From an uncultured Collinsella sp. (lineage in GTDB: Bacteria > Actinomycetota > Coriobacteriia > Coriobacteriales > Coriobacteriaceae), in NCBI GenBank assembly GCA_958403395.1, contig CATXXF010000005.1, positions 2,764 through 66,763 of the forward strand: a DNA stretch of 64,000 nucleotides, read 5' to 3'. Shown here piece by piece: positions 30,831-40,655 of this stretch. Below the pieces are notes generated by a model, which did no database searches, was not told where the DNA came from, and saw only the letters and a list, made by a program, of their open reading frames with translations. The position numbers and the translations under genes were made by a program. Positions within the stretch are counted from its first letter, which is position 1, and every line of letters starts with the position of its first letter.

Positions 30831-33284
30831 CTAGCCGCGGACCTCGCCGTTTACGCCCTTGCACACCTTGGTAACGATCTTCTGGTGCGCCTTTTCGACC
30901 TCTTCGCTGGTGAGCGTGTGGTCGTCGGAGCGATACGTAAGCGCAAAGGCCATGGACTTCTTGCCTGCTCCGATGCGGATGGGATCGCGGTAGACATCGA
31001 ACAGGCGCACGCCCTCGAGCAGCTTGCCGCCGGCGCTGGTAATGCGGCGCTCAAGATCCTCGCAGGTCACGGTGTTGTCGACCACGATAGCCAGATCGTG
31101 CTCAACGGCAGGGTACTGCGAGAACTCGCGGTAGTTCTCCTGGTTGCGGGCGCCCTTGATCAGCTTGTCCAGATCGAGCTCAAAGGCAACGACGACCTCA
31201 TCGATGCCCATAGCCTCGCGCGCCTTGGGGTGAATCTCGCCGACCCAGCCCAGCACGGTACCGCCCGAGAGCACCTCGGCAGCACGACCCGGCTGCAGGA
31301 AGGCGTAGCCCTCGCCCTCGACGGGACGGAAGCGAACCTTCTCGATGCGCAGCTGGGCGAGCAACTCCTCGACGATGCCCTTGCCAAAGAAGAAGCGCAA
31401 CTTGCGGTACTTCATGCTCCAGGACTGCTCGCTCCACTGGCCCGAGAGCACACCCGCCACGGACTTGGTCTCCTTGGGCAGGCTGGCATTCTCGCGACCG
31501 TGGAACAGGCTGCCGACCTCGTACAGGTGTACGTTGGGCGTACCGTGCGCCTCGTTGTAGGCCACGGACTGCAGCAGACCCGGCAGCAGCGAACGACGCA
31601 TCTCGGTCTGCTCAGCTACCAGCGGGTTCATGAGCACCACGGGGCAGCCGCGGCCCTCGGTGGACATGCCAATCTTCTCCAGGTCGCCCGGGGCGGCAAA
31701 GCCAAAGGTCGTGGTCTCGTTGAGGCCACAGGCGCGCAGGATCTCGCCAACCTTGCGGGTAAGCTTCTGCTCGCGCGTCAGACCGCCGATGTGGTTCTTG
31801 GCAGCCGGAATGGTCGCCGTGACGCGACCCATGCCCCACAGGCGCAGGACCTCCTCGATCAGGTCGATCTCACGCGGCAGGTCGGGACGGAAGCTCGGCG
31901 GCGTGACCATAAAGTCCTCGCCGTCGCGCTCGACGGTGCAGCCCAGGCGGGTGAGCGAGCGCTCGATAAAGTCGGGCTCGATGTCGGCACCGCAGATGGC
32001 GTGCACGCGGGCCAGGCGCAGCTTAATGCTGTCGATGGTCTTGGGCGCGGGGAAAACGTCGACATAGCCGGGAGCAACCTCGCCGCCGGCGATCTCCTCG
32101 ATGAGCGCGCACGTCACATTGGCGACGTCCACGCAGCCGGTCTCGTCGACCTGGCGCTCAAAGCGGATGGAGGCGTCGGAGATCAGCGAAAGGTCGCGGC
32201 TGGTGTGCGAGGTGCGGCCGGCGTTGAAGCAGGCACTCTCGACCATCACGTCAACGGTATCGTCCTCGATCTCGGAATCCATGCCACCCATAACGCCGGC
32301 CAACGCCACGGGGCGCTCGCCGTCGGTGATGAGGCCCATGCCGGCGTCGAGCACGCGCTCCTCGCCGTCGAGCGTCGTGAACTTCTCGTCCTGCTGGGCG
32401 GCACGAACCACCACACGACGGTGGCCATCGCGCTCGGCAAAGGTGTCCAGGTCAAAGGCGTGCAGCGGCTGACCGGTGAGCATCATCACGTAGTTGGTGA
32501 TGTCGACGATGTTGTTGTGCGGGCGCACGCCCAGGGCGTTGAGGCGCTTGACCATCCAGTCTGGCGACGGGCCGACCTTGACGTTGCGCACGATGCGGGC
32601 AACGTAGCGGTCGCACAGGCCCTCGTCGGCGATCTCGACAGAAAGCTCGTCGTCGGTCGCGCGGCCGGTCTCGACCTTGATGGCGGGCAGCTCAACGTGG
32701 AAATCGCGGTCGAAGATGGCGCCGGTCTCGCGGGCCATGCCGATCATGGACAGGCAGTCGGGACGGTTGGGCGTGATCTCACAGTCGAGCACGGTGTCGC
32801 TCGAGCCCACGTACTCGGCAAACGGCATGCCGCAGGGCGTATCCTCGGGCAGGATCATGATGCCGGAGTGGTCGCCACCCAGGCCGAGCTCGCGCGCGGA
32901 GCAGTTCATGCCCATGGACACGACGCCGCGAAGCTTGCTCTTCTTGATCTTAACGTCGCCGGGAAGCACGGCGCCAATCATGGCCGTGACGATGTGGTCG
33001 CCGGCCTCGAAGTTCTGCGCGCCGCAGACGATCTGCAGCGGAGCGGGATTGCCGTCGGCGTCGAGATTCTTGTCGCCCACATCGACCGAGCACACATACA
33101 TGTGGTCGCTATCGGGGTGCGGGATCTTGGTGAGCACCTTGGCGGTCACCACGTGGTCGAAGGACTCGCCCACAGTGTCGATCGCCTCGACCTCGGTGCC
33201 GGTACGGATATATTCGTCCGAAAGGGTCTTGGGATCCTCCGGAATATCGATCATGGTCTTGAGCCAGTCGTAAGAAACGCGCAT
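30831..33284 (-). CDS. pheT: Phenylalanyl-tRNA synthetase beta subunit
   Basis: MRVSYDWL, IVCGAQN, ITPNRPD, GQPLHAFD, RPDLPREIDLIEEV, LFDVY. Confidence 0.98.
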   Translation of the reverse strand: MRVSYDWLKTMIDIPEDPKTLSDEYIRTGTEVEAIDTVGESFDHVVTAKVLTKIPHPDSDHMYVCSVDVGDKNLDADGNPAPLQIVCGAQNFEAGDHIVTAMIGAVLPGDVKIKKSKLRGVVSMGMNCSARELGLGGDHSGIMILPEDTPCGMPFAEYVGSSDTVLDCEITPNRPDCLSMIGMARETGAIFDRDFHVELPAIKVETGRATDDELSVEIADEGLCDRYVARIVRNVKVGPSPDWMVKRLNALGVRPHNNIVDITNYVMMLTGQPLHAFDLDTFAERDGHRRVVVRAAQQDEKFTTLDGEERVLDAGMGLITDGERPVALAGVMGGMDSEIEDDTVDVMVESACFNAGRTSHTSRDLSLISDASIRFERQVDETGCVDVANVTCALIEEIAGGEVAPGYVDVFPAPKTIDSIKLRLARVHAICGADIEPDFIERSLTRLGCTVERDGEDFMVTPPSFRPDLPREIDLIEEVLRLWGMGRVTATIPAAKNHIGGLTREQKLTRKVGEILRACGLNETTTFGFAAPGDLEKIGMSTEGRGCPVVLMNPLVAEQTEMRRSLLPGLLQSVAYNEAHGTPNVHLYEVGSLFHGRENASLPKETKSVAGVLSGQWSEQSWSMKYRKLRFFFGKGIVEELLAQLRIEKVRFRPVEGEGYAFLQPGRAAEVLSGGTVLGWVGEIHPKAREAMGIDEVVVAFELDLDKLIKGARNQENYREFSQYPAVEHDLAIVVDNTVTCEDLERRITSAGGKLLEGVRLFDVYRDPIRIGAGKKSMAFALTYRSDDHTLTSEEVEKAHQKIVTKVCKGVNGEVRG

Positions 33285-33347
33285 CTAACTGGTCTCCTTT
33301 CATAAATGCGGCTTTGAGCCGAAAACTGCAACTAAGAAGAAAGCGTT

Positions 33348-34424
33348 CTAGAACTGGTTCAAGAACCTCATGTCACCAGTCATCAACGTGCGCAGGTCGG
33401 GCAGGTCGTAGCGCAGGGCAGCGACGCGCTCGGCACCAATGCCAAAGGCGAAGCCGGTGTACTTCTCGGGGTCGATGCCGCAGTTGATCAGGACGTTGGG
33501 GTCGACCATGCCGCAGCCCAGGATCTCGATCCAGCCGCTGTGCTTGCAGAAGTTGCAGCCCTTGCCGCCGCAGACGTGGCAGCTCACGTCCACCTCGCAG
33601 CTAGGCTCGGTGAAGGGGAAGAAGTGCGGACGGTAGCGCGTCTTGCGGTCCTCGCCAAACATGCACTTAACAAAGTAGTCGAGCGTGCCCTTCAGGTCGC
33701 CAAAGGTGATACCCTCGTCGACGACCAGGCCCTCGATCTGGTTGAACTGCGGCAGGTGGCAGGCGTCGGCCGTATCGGGACGGTAGACGGTGCCCGGGCA
33801 GATCATGTAGATGGGCGGCTTCTGCGACTCCATGGTGTGGATCTGTACGCCCGAGGTCTGGGTGCGCAGCAGCACGTCGGACTCGCCATGGGCGTGAGCC
33901 TCGGGGTGCGCGACGCTGCCGGGGTTGTTATCGACCACGTAGAAGGTATCGCGGGCCGAGCGGCTCGGGTGATCCATGGGGGCGTTGAGCGCAGTGAAGT
34001 TGTAGTAGGAAGTATCGACCATGGGGCCGGACTCGACGGTGTAGCCGATGCCGCAGAAGATGTCCTCGGCCTCCTCGATGATCTGCTTGATCAGGTGCTG
34101 GTGACCGATCTGCGGACGGATGCCCGGCAGCGTGATGTCGACGGCCTCGTGCTCGAGTGCGTGCTTGAGGGCGGCGGCCTTCATCTCGGTGGTGCGCTCG
34201 TCGAGCATGCCCTCGATCAGCTGGCGCATCTCGTTGGCGCGCTTGCCCATCATGGGACGATCCTCGGGGGCGAGTTTGCCCATCATGCGCATCAGGCCGG
34301 TGATACGGCCTTTGCGACCGAGCAGCTCAACGCGCGCAGCCTCGAGCTTGGCGGCGTCGTCGGCGCTAGTGACGAGCTCCTTGGCCTCTTCCTCGAGTTT
34401 GACCAGATCATCAATCAGACTCAT
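33348..34424 (-). CDS. pheS: Phenylalanyl-tRNA synthetase alpha subunit
   Basis: LLRTQTS, FPFTEPS, WIEILGCG, GFAFGIG; start MSLIDDL at 34424. Confidence 0.97.
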   Translation of the reverse strand: MSLIDDLVKLEEEAKELVTSADDAAKLEAARVELLGRKGRITGLMRMMGKLAPEDRPMMGKRANEMRQLIEGMLDERTTEMKAAALKHALEHEAVDITLPGIRPQIGHQHLIKQIIEEAEDIFCGIGYTVESGPMVDTSYYNFTALNAPMDHPSRSARDTFYVVDNNPGSVAHPEAHAHGESDVLLRTQTSGVQIHTMESQKPPIYMICPGTVYRPDTADACHLPQFNQIEGLVVDEGITFGDLKGTLDYFVKCMFGEDRKTRYRPHFFPFTEPSCEVDVSCHVCGGKGCNFCKHSGWIEILGCGMVDPNVLINCGIDPEKYTGFAFGIGAERVAALRYDLPDLRTLMTGDMRFLNQF

Positions 34425-34510
34425 GTCTTCCCTTTCGTCTCTCGCGTTCCCCGCTTGCCAAGGCGGCTGCCGCCGTCTGACGTTGCGAAAACGCGGCCCG
34501 GTTCGGTAAC

Positions 34511-34791
34511 AAAAAACCGCCCTCGGGCATGTGCATTGCCCAAGGACGGTTGAATTCCGCGGTACCACCTTGTTTGACCCGGCGGATGTCTGGCCCGCCG
34601 CGCCCACTCTGTGCCTCTTGTCGCGAGGCCCACGGCTTCCCTACTGGGACTTTGCTGCCACTGGCCGCGTGCCCGTTGAGGTCGCTGCTCGGGAGTGAAC
34701 GCTTGGCCCTTGCCACCGCAGGAAGGCTTGCAGCCCATGACCTTCCCTCTCTTGCCGGCGACGCGGCGGGCAAAACCCTCTCCGTCAACGC
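34511..34791 (-). ncRNA. T-box riboswitch (Phe specifier UUC) with terminator
   Basis: AAGGTGGTACCGCG T-box (~34571-34558); specifier TTC at 34699-34697; stem ACCGTCCTTGGGC/GCCCGAGGGCGGT followed by a T-run. Confidence 0.92.
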
Positions 34792-34928
34792 ATTGGGCTA
34801 TAGGATAACACATTTCGCGAGCGCATCGCCGCGTTCCGTTTTGTTCGCGCTGGGTACAAGGCAGGTAGCTGTGCAAACTGGCCGCGCACCCGCCTGCGGC
34901 GCTCGGCCTGCGAGATTAAGGATACGGT

Positions 34929-36512
34929 ATGGGAAAGAAACTCGATAAGAAGGCCAAGGCCGCCGTGGCAAAGGCCGCCAAGGGCGTCAAGGCCGCTAAA
35001 GTCGACAAGGCCGTCAAAAAGTTCCGCAAACTCGAGGGCAAGCTGTGGACTCGCGAGTACCTGCTCAAGATTGCCGAGTTCGATGGAGCGACGATTGCTC
35101 CTGCCAACGGCGCTGCCGCCCGTGCCGACGCCATGGGCACGCTTGCCGGCGAACATCACAAGCTACTGACCAGCGAGAAGTCCGTTGAGCTCGTACGCTC
35201 GTTAGCGCGCGAGACGGTTGCAGGCGGCAAAATCGACGACCCGCAGCTGCTCGACGAGATCCGCGTGCTCGGCCGCGACCAGCGCGAGGCAAGCGTTATT
35301 CCTACCGAGGAGGCCGAAGCCTGGACCAGGCTCACCTGCGAGGCCGACGCCGTGTGGCACAAGGCCAAGACGGCCAACGACTGGGCGAGCTTTGAGCCCT
35401 ATGTGGATAGAATCGTCGCCCAACTTAAGCATCAGGCCGAACTCATGGACCCCAAGCGCGACCCATACGACGTTTGGCTCGACCAGTACGAGCGCGGCCT
35501 TTCCGCCAAGAGCTTCGACGCGTTTTGCGAGGAGGTCAAGGCCACGGTCGTGCCGCTCGTGCACGCCATCGGCGAGCGCGGCCAGCAGCCCGATGCCGAC
35601 TTTTTGCACGCCCGCGTGCCCGAGGCCGCCCAGCGCGCCATGAGCTTCGACCTGATGAAGCTCGTCGGCCTGAACCTGGACGACACCACGCTTGCCTTTA
35701 CCGAGCACCCGTTTAGCGAGGGCTTTGCCGTAGGTGACGCGCGCATCGCGACACACATCTACGAGGACGATTGCATCTCCAACGTCTACAGCATCATCCA
35801 CGAGGCGGGGCACACTATGTACGAGCTGGGCGTCAATCCCTCCTATGCGCGCACCTGCCTGGAGGGCGGCACCTCCATGGGCATCCACGAGAGCCAGAGC
35901 CGCTTCTTTGAGAACACCGTGGGCCGCAGCCGTGCCTTTATGGGACCGCTGCTCGAGGTGCTGCGCCGCCACGCACCCGAGGTCTACGGCGACGTCGACG
36001 AGGACACGCTCTACCACGCCGTGAACATCGCGCAGCCTTCGCTGATCCGCACCGAGGCCGACGAGCTCACCTATCCGCTGCACGTTATGGTGCGCTACGA
36101 GATCGAGCGCATGCTGTTTGCCGGCGAGGCCACGGCCAAGGACATCCCCGCGCTTTGGAACCGCTTCATGGATGAGTACCTGGGCATTCCCGTTCCCGAC
36201 GACACGCACGGCTGTCTACAGGATACGCACTGGAGCGGCGGCTCGTTTGGCTACTTCCCCACCTATGCGCTGGGCAGTGCCTACGATGCCATGTTTGTGC
36301 CGGCCATGTGCCGCGACGGTGTCGACCTCAACGGCGCCTGCGCGAGCGGCGACCTGACACCCGTCCGCGCCTGGCTGGGCGAGCACATTTGGCAGTGGGG
36401 CCGCGCCAAGGACGCGCCGGAGCTCATCAAGGGCGCGTGCGGCATGGCGTTCGATGCCCGCTACTACTGCAGCTACCTGCAGGACAAGTTCACCACGCTC
36501 TACGAGCTGTAA
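34929..36512 (+). CDS. M32 family metallocarboxypeptidase
   Basis: HPF, HEAGH, HESQS, IRTEAD, GCLQDTHW, YFPTY. Confidence 0.95.
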   Translation: MGKKLDKKAKAAVAKAAKGVKAAKVDKAVKKFRKLEGKLWTREYLLKIAEFDGATIAPANGAAARADAMGTLAGEHHKLLTSEKSVELVRSLARETVAGGKIDDPQLLDEIRVLGRDQREASVIPTEEAEAWTRLTCEADAVWHKAKTANDWASFEPYVDRIVAQLKHQAELMDPKRDPYDVWLDQYERGLSAKSFDAFCEEVKATVVPLVHAIGERGQQPDADFLHARVPEAAQRAMSFDLMKLVGLNLDDTTLAFTEHPFSEGFAVGDARIATHIYEDDCISNVYSIIHEAGHTMYELGVNPSYARTCLEGGTSMGIHESQSRFFENTVGRSRAFMGPLLEVLRRHAPEVYGDVDEDTLYHAVNIAQPSLIRTEADELTYPLHVMVRYEIERMLFAGEATAKDIPALWNRFMDEYLGIPVPDDTHGCLQDTHWSGGSFGYFPTYALGSAYDAMFVPAMCRDGVDLNGACASGDLTPVRAWLGEHIWQWGRAKDAPELIKGACGMAFDARYYCSYLQDKFTTLYEL

Positions 36513-36534
36513 GGCATAACCGACACGCCAACGC

Positions 36535-36576
36535 AAAGGGGACGCCGCGAAACCAATCCGCAGCGTCCCCTTTTTT
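36535..36576 (+). terminator. Intrinsic terminator after the M32 gene
   Basis: AAAGGGGACGC...GCGTCCCCTTTTTT. Confidence 0.8.
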
Positions 36577-36631
36577 CGCCCAATAACTAGGTACCCAATG
36601 ACTAGTTCGTTGACGCTAATGACTTGGCAAT

Positions 36632-36748
36632 GTCAGCGAAAACGGCCCCAAGCGAGCAAGGTGACGTGAAATGAAAGGGCGCTGACCTTCTGGTCGCGCC
36701 CTTGAAATTGAACGTCAGATTGCCGCTTGGGGCCGTTTGCAGCGTCGA
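36632..36748. repeat. Dispersed ~117-bp structured element, copy 1
   Basis: Both ends shared with 58987-59102. Confidence 0.85.
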
Positions 36749-36778
36749 GCAGTTACGCGGTTTGGTAAAACCGCGTAA

Positions 36779-38110
36779 CTAAAGAGCCTCGAGCGCGTTG
36801 GCGATGCGCTTCATGGCGGCATCGGCGGATGCTTGGCCGGGCGCCTCGGCCAGCACGCGGATAACCGACTCGGTTCCGCTCTTGCGCACGAGCACGCGGC
36901 CCTCGCCTGCCAGCGCAGCCTCGGCCTCGGCGATGGCGTTCTGCACGCCCATGTTCTCGAGCGCGGCGTCCTTGTCCGCCACGTGCACGGCCACCTGCGC
37001 CTGCGGCAGCAGCTTGCACGGAGCCGTGAGCTGCGAGAGCGTCTCGCGCTCGGCACGAATCACTTCCATCACGCGCAGCGAAGTCATAATGCCGTCGCCC
37101 GTGCGCTCGATATCGCCAAAGATCGTATGGCCCGTCTGCTCGCCGCCCAGGCTGTAACCGCCCTCGCGCATCTTGGCATACACGTGACGGTCACCCACGC
37201 CGCTGGTCACGGCACTCAGACCGGCAAGCTCCAACGACTTGATCAGGCCAAAGTTGCTGGCGATCGTCGGCACCACGGTACCGCCCGAAAGGCGACCGTG
37301 CTTGTTCAGATACACGCCGCACACGTACAGGATCTGGTCGCCGTCTACCACGCGACCGCGCTCATCCACGGCCAGGCAGCGGTCGGCATCGCCATCGTAG
37401 GCAAAACCCACGTCCAGGCCCTGCTCCACCACATGGCGCTGCAGGCGCTCCATATGCGTGGAGCCGCAATCGACGTTGATGTTAAAGCCATCGGGCGCGG
37501 CATTGATCACGCGCACGTCGGCACCGAGCGCGTCAAACACCGGCTTGGCCACCGAGGAAGCCGAGCCGTTGGCGCAGTCGATACCGATCTTGACGCCCTG
37601 CAGCGAAAAGTTCGCACTTGCAATGAGCGAAGCAATGTAGCGGTTGCGGCCCTGCATGTAGTCCACCGTGGCACCGATGTGGTTGCCCGTGGCCAGCGGA
37701 ACTTCGCTCTTGCCATCGATGTAGTCCTCGATGAGCTCCAGTACGTCCTCGTCCATCTTAAAACCGTCGCTATTGACGAGCTTAATGCCGTTATCGCAAA
37801 ACGGGTTGTGGCTTGCGCTGATCATGATGCCGCAATCGAAGCAGCCTTCCACGGTCTGATGCGCTACGCCCGGCGTGGGGATCACGTGCAGCATATAGGC
37901 GTCCGCACCGCTCGCGACCAGGCCGCTCACCAGCGCCGCCTCGAACATGTAACTCGAGCGACGTGTGTCCTTGCCCACGATGACGCGCGCCTTGCGCTCG
38001 CGGTTGGCGCCGTAATACCAGCCCACAAAACGGCCAATCTTATAAGCGTGCTCTACCGTCAGCCCAACGTTGGCCTCACCGCGAAAGCCGTCGGTGCCAA
38101 AGTACTTCAT
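36779..38110 (-). CDS. glmM: Phosphoglucosamine mutase
   Basis: YFGTDG, GIMISASHNP, DGDADR, GGEQTGH, RKSGTE. Confidence 0.93.
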   Translation of the reverse strand: MKYFGTDGFRGEANVGLTVEHAYKIGRFVGWYYGANRERKARVIVGKDTRRSSYMFEAALVSGLVASGADAYMLHVIPTPGVAHQTVEGCFDCGIMISASHNPFCDNGIKLVNSDGFKMDEDVLELIEDYIDGKSEVPLATGNHIGATVDYMQGRNRYIASLIASANFSLQGVKIGIDCANGSASSVAKPVFDALGADVRVINAAPDGFNINVDCGSTHMERLQRHVVEQGLDVGFAYDGDADRCLAVDERGRVVDGDQILYVCGVYLNKHGRLSGGTVVPTIASNFGLIKSLELAGLSAVTSGVGDRHVYAKMREGGYSLGGEQTGHTIFGDIERTGDGIMTSLRVMEVIRAERETLSQLTAPCKLLPQAQVAVHVADKDAALENMGVQNAIAEAEAALAGEGRVLVRKSGTESVIRVLAEAPGQASADAAMKRIANALEAL

Positions 38111-38193
38111 GCGCTCTCCTTACAAAATAGGGGCGAACAGATTGCCTGTCCGCCCCAAAATGGTACTCGATTATCTGCGCTACCAGAAAAACC

Positions 38194-40506
38194 CTACGCC
38201 GACGCGCTGTCGCGAGCCGCCTGGCATGTAGGAGTCTGACGCAGCGTAAGCGGCTTGTCCCCCGCCTCGGCCGACGTGGTCAGCGTATACGTGATCGTCG
38301 TCGTCTCGCCAGCATGCAGGTCAACGGTGCCCGAATAGAAGGGGATTCCATGCCACGTAGCGGCGCCAAGACCAAACTGTGTGCCCTCAACCGTAAGGTC
38401 ACTGATGTTGCCGCCCGTCGGGGCAAACAACGAGACATTCAGGCGTTCGTCGTCACGCGCGGCATCGGGTGCGCTCGCCGCGACGTAGTCGGGCAGCTTG
38501 CCTGCCTCCTCCTGCGTCATGATGTTCGTCAGGGTAACGGTGATGCGATACGAGCACGTGCCGTCACCGTTCTTGATGCCCTGGCCAATCTGCGTATCGG
38601 CGTTCAGGTACCAGTCGAGCTTGGAGAAGCTCAGGTTGTTAAAGTAAACGCCGGCAACAGGATCGGCACTCGGGTCATCCGGATCGGGCAGCGAAGCGTC
38701 AATGCCCGTCTCTTTGATGGCATTCTGCTCATCATCGTTTCTCATCCAAGCAATCAGACGGCCCTCTTCGGCACCGCGCTCGAATGCACCGACAAGCTTT
38801 GTAACGTCGACGTCACCGATGCCACCGAGAATCTTGTCGAAGGCGTCGCTGGCAACAGCCGCAAAGATGCCGTCCGATTCCTCGACCGGATAGTTCCAAT
38901 ACACATCGTGCATGAGGACCTTTGCGGCGTTGGAGCCGTCGACAACCGTTCCGTCGGGCAGCGACACGTTACCGACCAGGCCCAGCAGATACTGCAGGAA
39001 CACCGGGTCGATACCGATGACGCCATCAACGTCCTGACCATATTGAGATTTCCACAGGGCTGCGACACGCTGCGAGTTGCGGGGCCAATCAGGCGAATAG
39101 GTATTGCCCGAGTTGTACAGGTTACTGTGGTTGCCGAACAGTGCCTCATCCTCTTCGTCGACGCTCTCGACTGCCTCATCCTCACTGAGTCCAATGCGGG
39201 GAACAAACTCGCCAATCGACATCTGGCCGTCGGTGACCGAAATCAGGCCCTGCGAACCGCCAAAGCCGCCGCAGGCACGAATCTCGACGTTGTTCATGGC
39301 GTACACAAGGTAGTTGCGCGTCTGGCCGTTGGCGCCGAGCATCTGGGGAAGGACGGGGGCGACCTTCTCCGCCGCGTCAACCGCGCCGTTGAGGGTGGCA
39401 AAGCCGTCCTTGGCCTTATCGACCAGCTCGGTCACCTGGGAAATATGAGTATCGCCAATGCCCTGGATCTTCTCATTGGCGCTCTTGAACACCTTCGAGC
39501 TGCTGGAAAGCGAATCGGCAACGGCCTGCAGCGCGGACACGTTAATCATGCCGTCCTGGAACAGCTTGCCGGGCGTGGCCTGCGAAAGGTTGTCGGCCAT
39601 GGGAACCAGCGCGTTGCTCGAGACATCGGACAGGGCATCAATCATGGTGCGGGCTGCGTTGATGTCACTGCCATACACCGGGATAAACGAAGCCGCCGTC
39701 CACAGCGGGCTCGAAGTCTCCGCCTTCATGCTGTCGCAGAGCTCATCGATCTTCTTCGCGTCGTCAGGCAGCGTCGAAAAATCGCCCGACGTGACCTTGT
39801 CCTTAAGGCCACCGACGATCTCGACAGCCTCCTTCGCTTCGCTCTTTACGGTCTTTGCCGAGTTAAGCAGCATAAAGCCACTTGCGCCAAGCGCAACGAG
39901 AAGCACCGCGACTACAGCGGCAATAATGGCGCCGGTGTGACGCTTTTTGCGCTCGCCCTTGCGATGGCGATGACGGACCAGACCGTCAGAGGTCGAACTC
40001 GACGAAGCGTCGCTACCGTAGTTCAAGCCAAAATCGTAATAATCTTCCTTGGAACCCGAGCCCGCAAACTCGGTACCGCTATCATCCAGGCGGGCGAACG
40101 TGCCAGTCTCGGAGGCGCCGGTGTAAATCGTGCCGAGGTTACCCGTAAGCCCCGCGCCACCGGCAGAGGGAGTTTTGTTGTCGGCCTTGCCGGCATTAAC
40201 GTTGCCGGCGGCATTCGCGGCGTTGGCAGCACCTGCGTTGTTCGCAGGTACCGAAGGAGCCCCGCTCGGCTGCGACGCGGAGGTTGCACCGCCCGCAAAG
40301 ACATTCCCTCTTGCACGGCCGGTCTTTTTTGCCTTTTGAGACTGCTCATACAGAGCGGTAAACATCGCCGTCTCGCCCGGGGACACGCGCTTACCGGAAC
40401 CGCCCTGTCCAGCGCCGCCCGGCGTGCCGACCTTACCAGCCCCGTTCGGACGCGGCGGAACTGCAGGACGGCCGCTATCGCTGCCCTTAAAGTGATTACC
40501 AGCCAT
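38194..40506 (-). CDS. DUF4012-like membrane-anchored extracellular protein
   Basis: Low-complexity N-terminus, one TM, RNYLVYAMNNVEIRACGG, SPDWP, SKLDWYL, LRQTP. Confidence 0.75.
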   Translation of the reverse strand: MAGNHFKGSDSGRPAVPPRPNGAGKVGTPGGAGQGGSGKRVSPGETAMFTALYEQSQKAKKTGRARGNVFAGGATSASQPSGAPSVPANNAGAANAANAAGNVNAGKADNKTPSAGGAGLTGNLGTIYTGASETGTFARLDDSGTEFAGSGSKEDYYDFGLNYGSDASSSSTSDGLVRHRHRKGERKKRHTGAIIAAVVAVLLVALGASGFMLLNSAKTVKSEAKEAVEIVGGLKDKVTSGDFSTLPDDAKKIDELCDSMKAETSSPLWTAASFIPVYGSDINAARTMIDALSDVSSNALVPMADNLSQATPGKLFQDGMINVSALQAVADSLSSSSKVFKSANEKIQGIGDTHISQVTELVDKAKDGFATLNGAVDAAEKVAPVLPQMLGANGQTRNYLVYAMNNVEIRACGGFGGSQGLISVTDGQMSIGEFVPRIGLSEDEAVESVDEEDEALFGNHSNLYNSGNTYSPDWPRNSQRVAALWKSQYGQDVDGVIGIDPVFLQYLLGLVGNVSLPDGTVVDGSNAAKVLMHDVYWNYPVEESDGIFAAVASDAFDKILGGIGDVDVTKLVGAFERGAEEGRLIAWMRNDDEQNAIKETGIDASLPDPDDPSADPVAGVYFNNLSFSKLDWYLNADTQIGQGIKNGDGTCSYRITVTLTNIMTQEEAGKLPDYVAASAPDAARDDERLNVSLFAPTGGNISDLTVEGTQFGLGAATWHGIPFYSGTVDLHAGETTTITYTLTTSAEAGDKPLTLRQTPTCQAARDSASA

Positions 40507-40655
40507 AAAGAAATCCTCGCAATTGAGTCGCAATGAAAAAGTCCATAACGTTACTAGTTTATGGCATTTTGAGCATCGACAGCTAAACTCCAGACACGGA
40601 CATCAATTGGCGAAAATGCGGCGCAACACCTTTTCTGTCTTGGCGGCGGCGCCAG

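Noticed and set aside
33348..34607. 419-aa PheS with N-terminal extension as in the ORF track
   Set aside because: The extension runs through the T-box terminator; the likely start is 34424.
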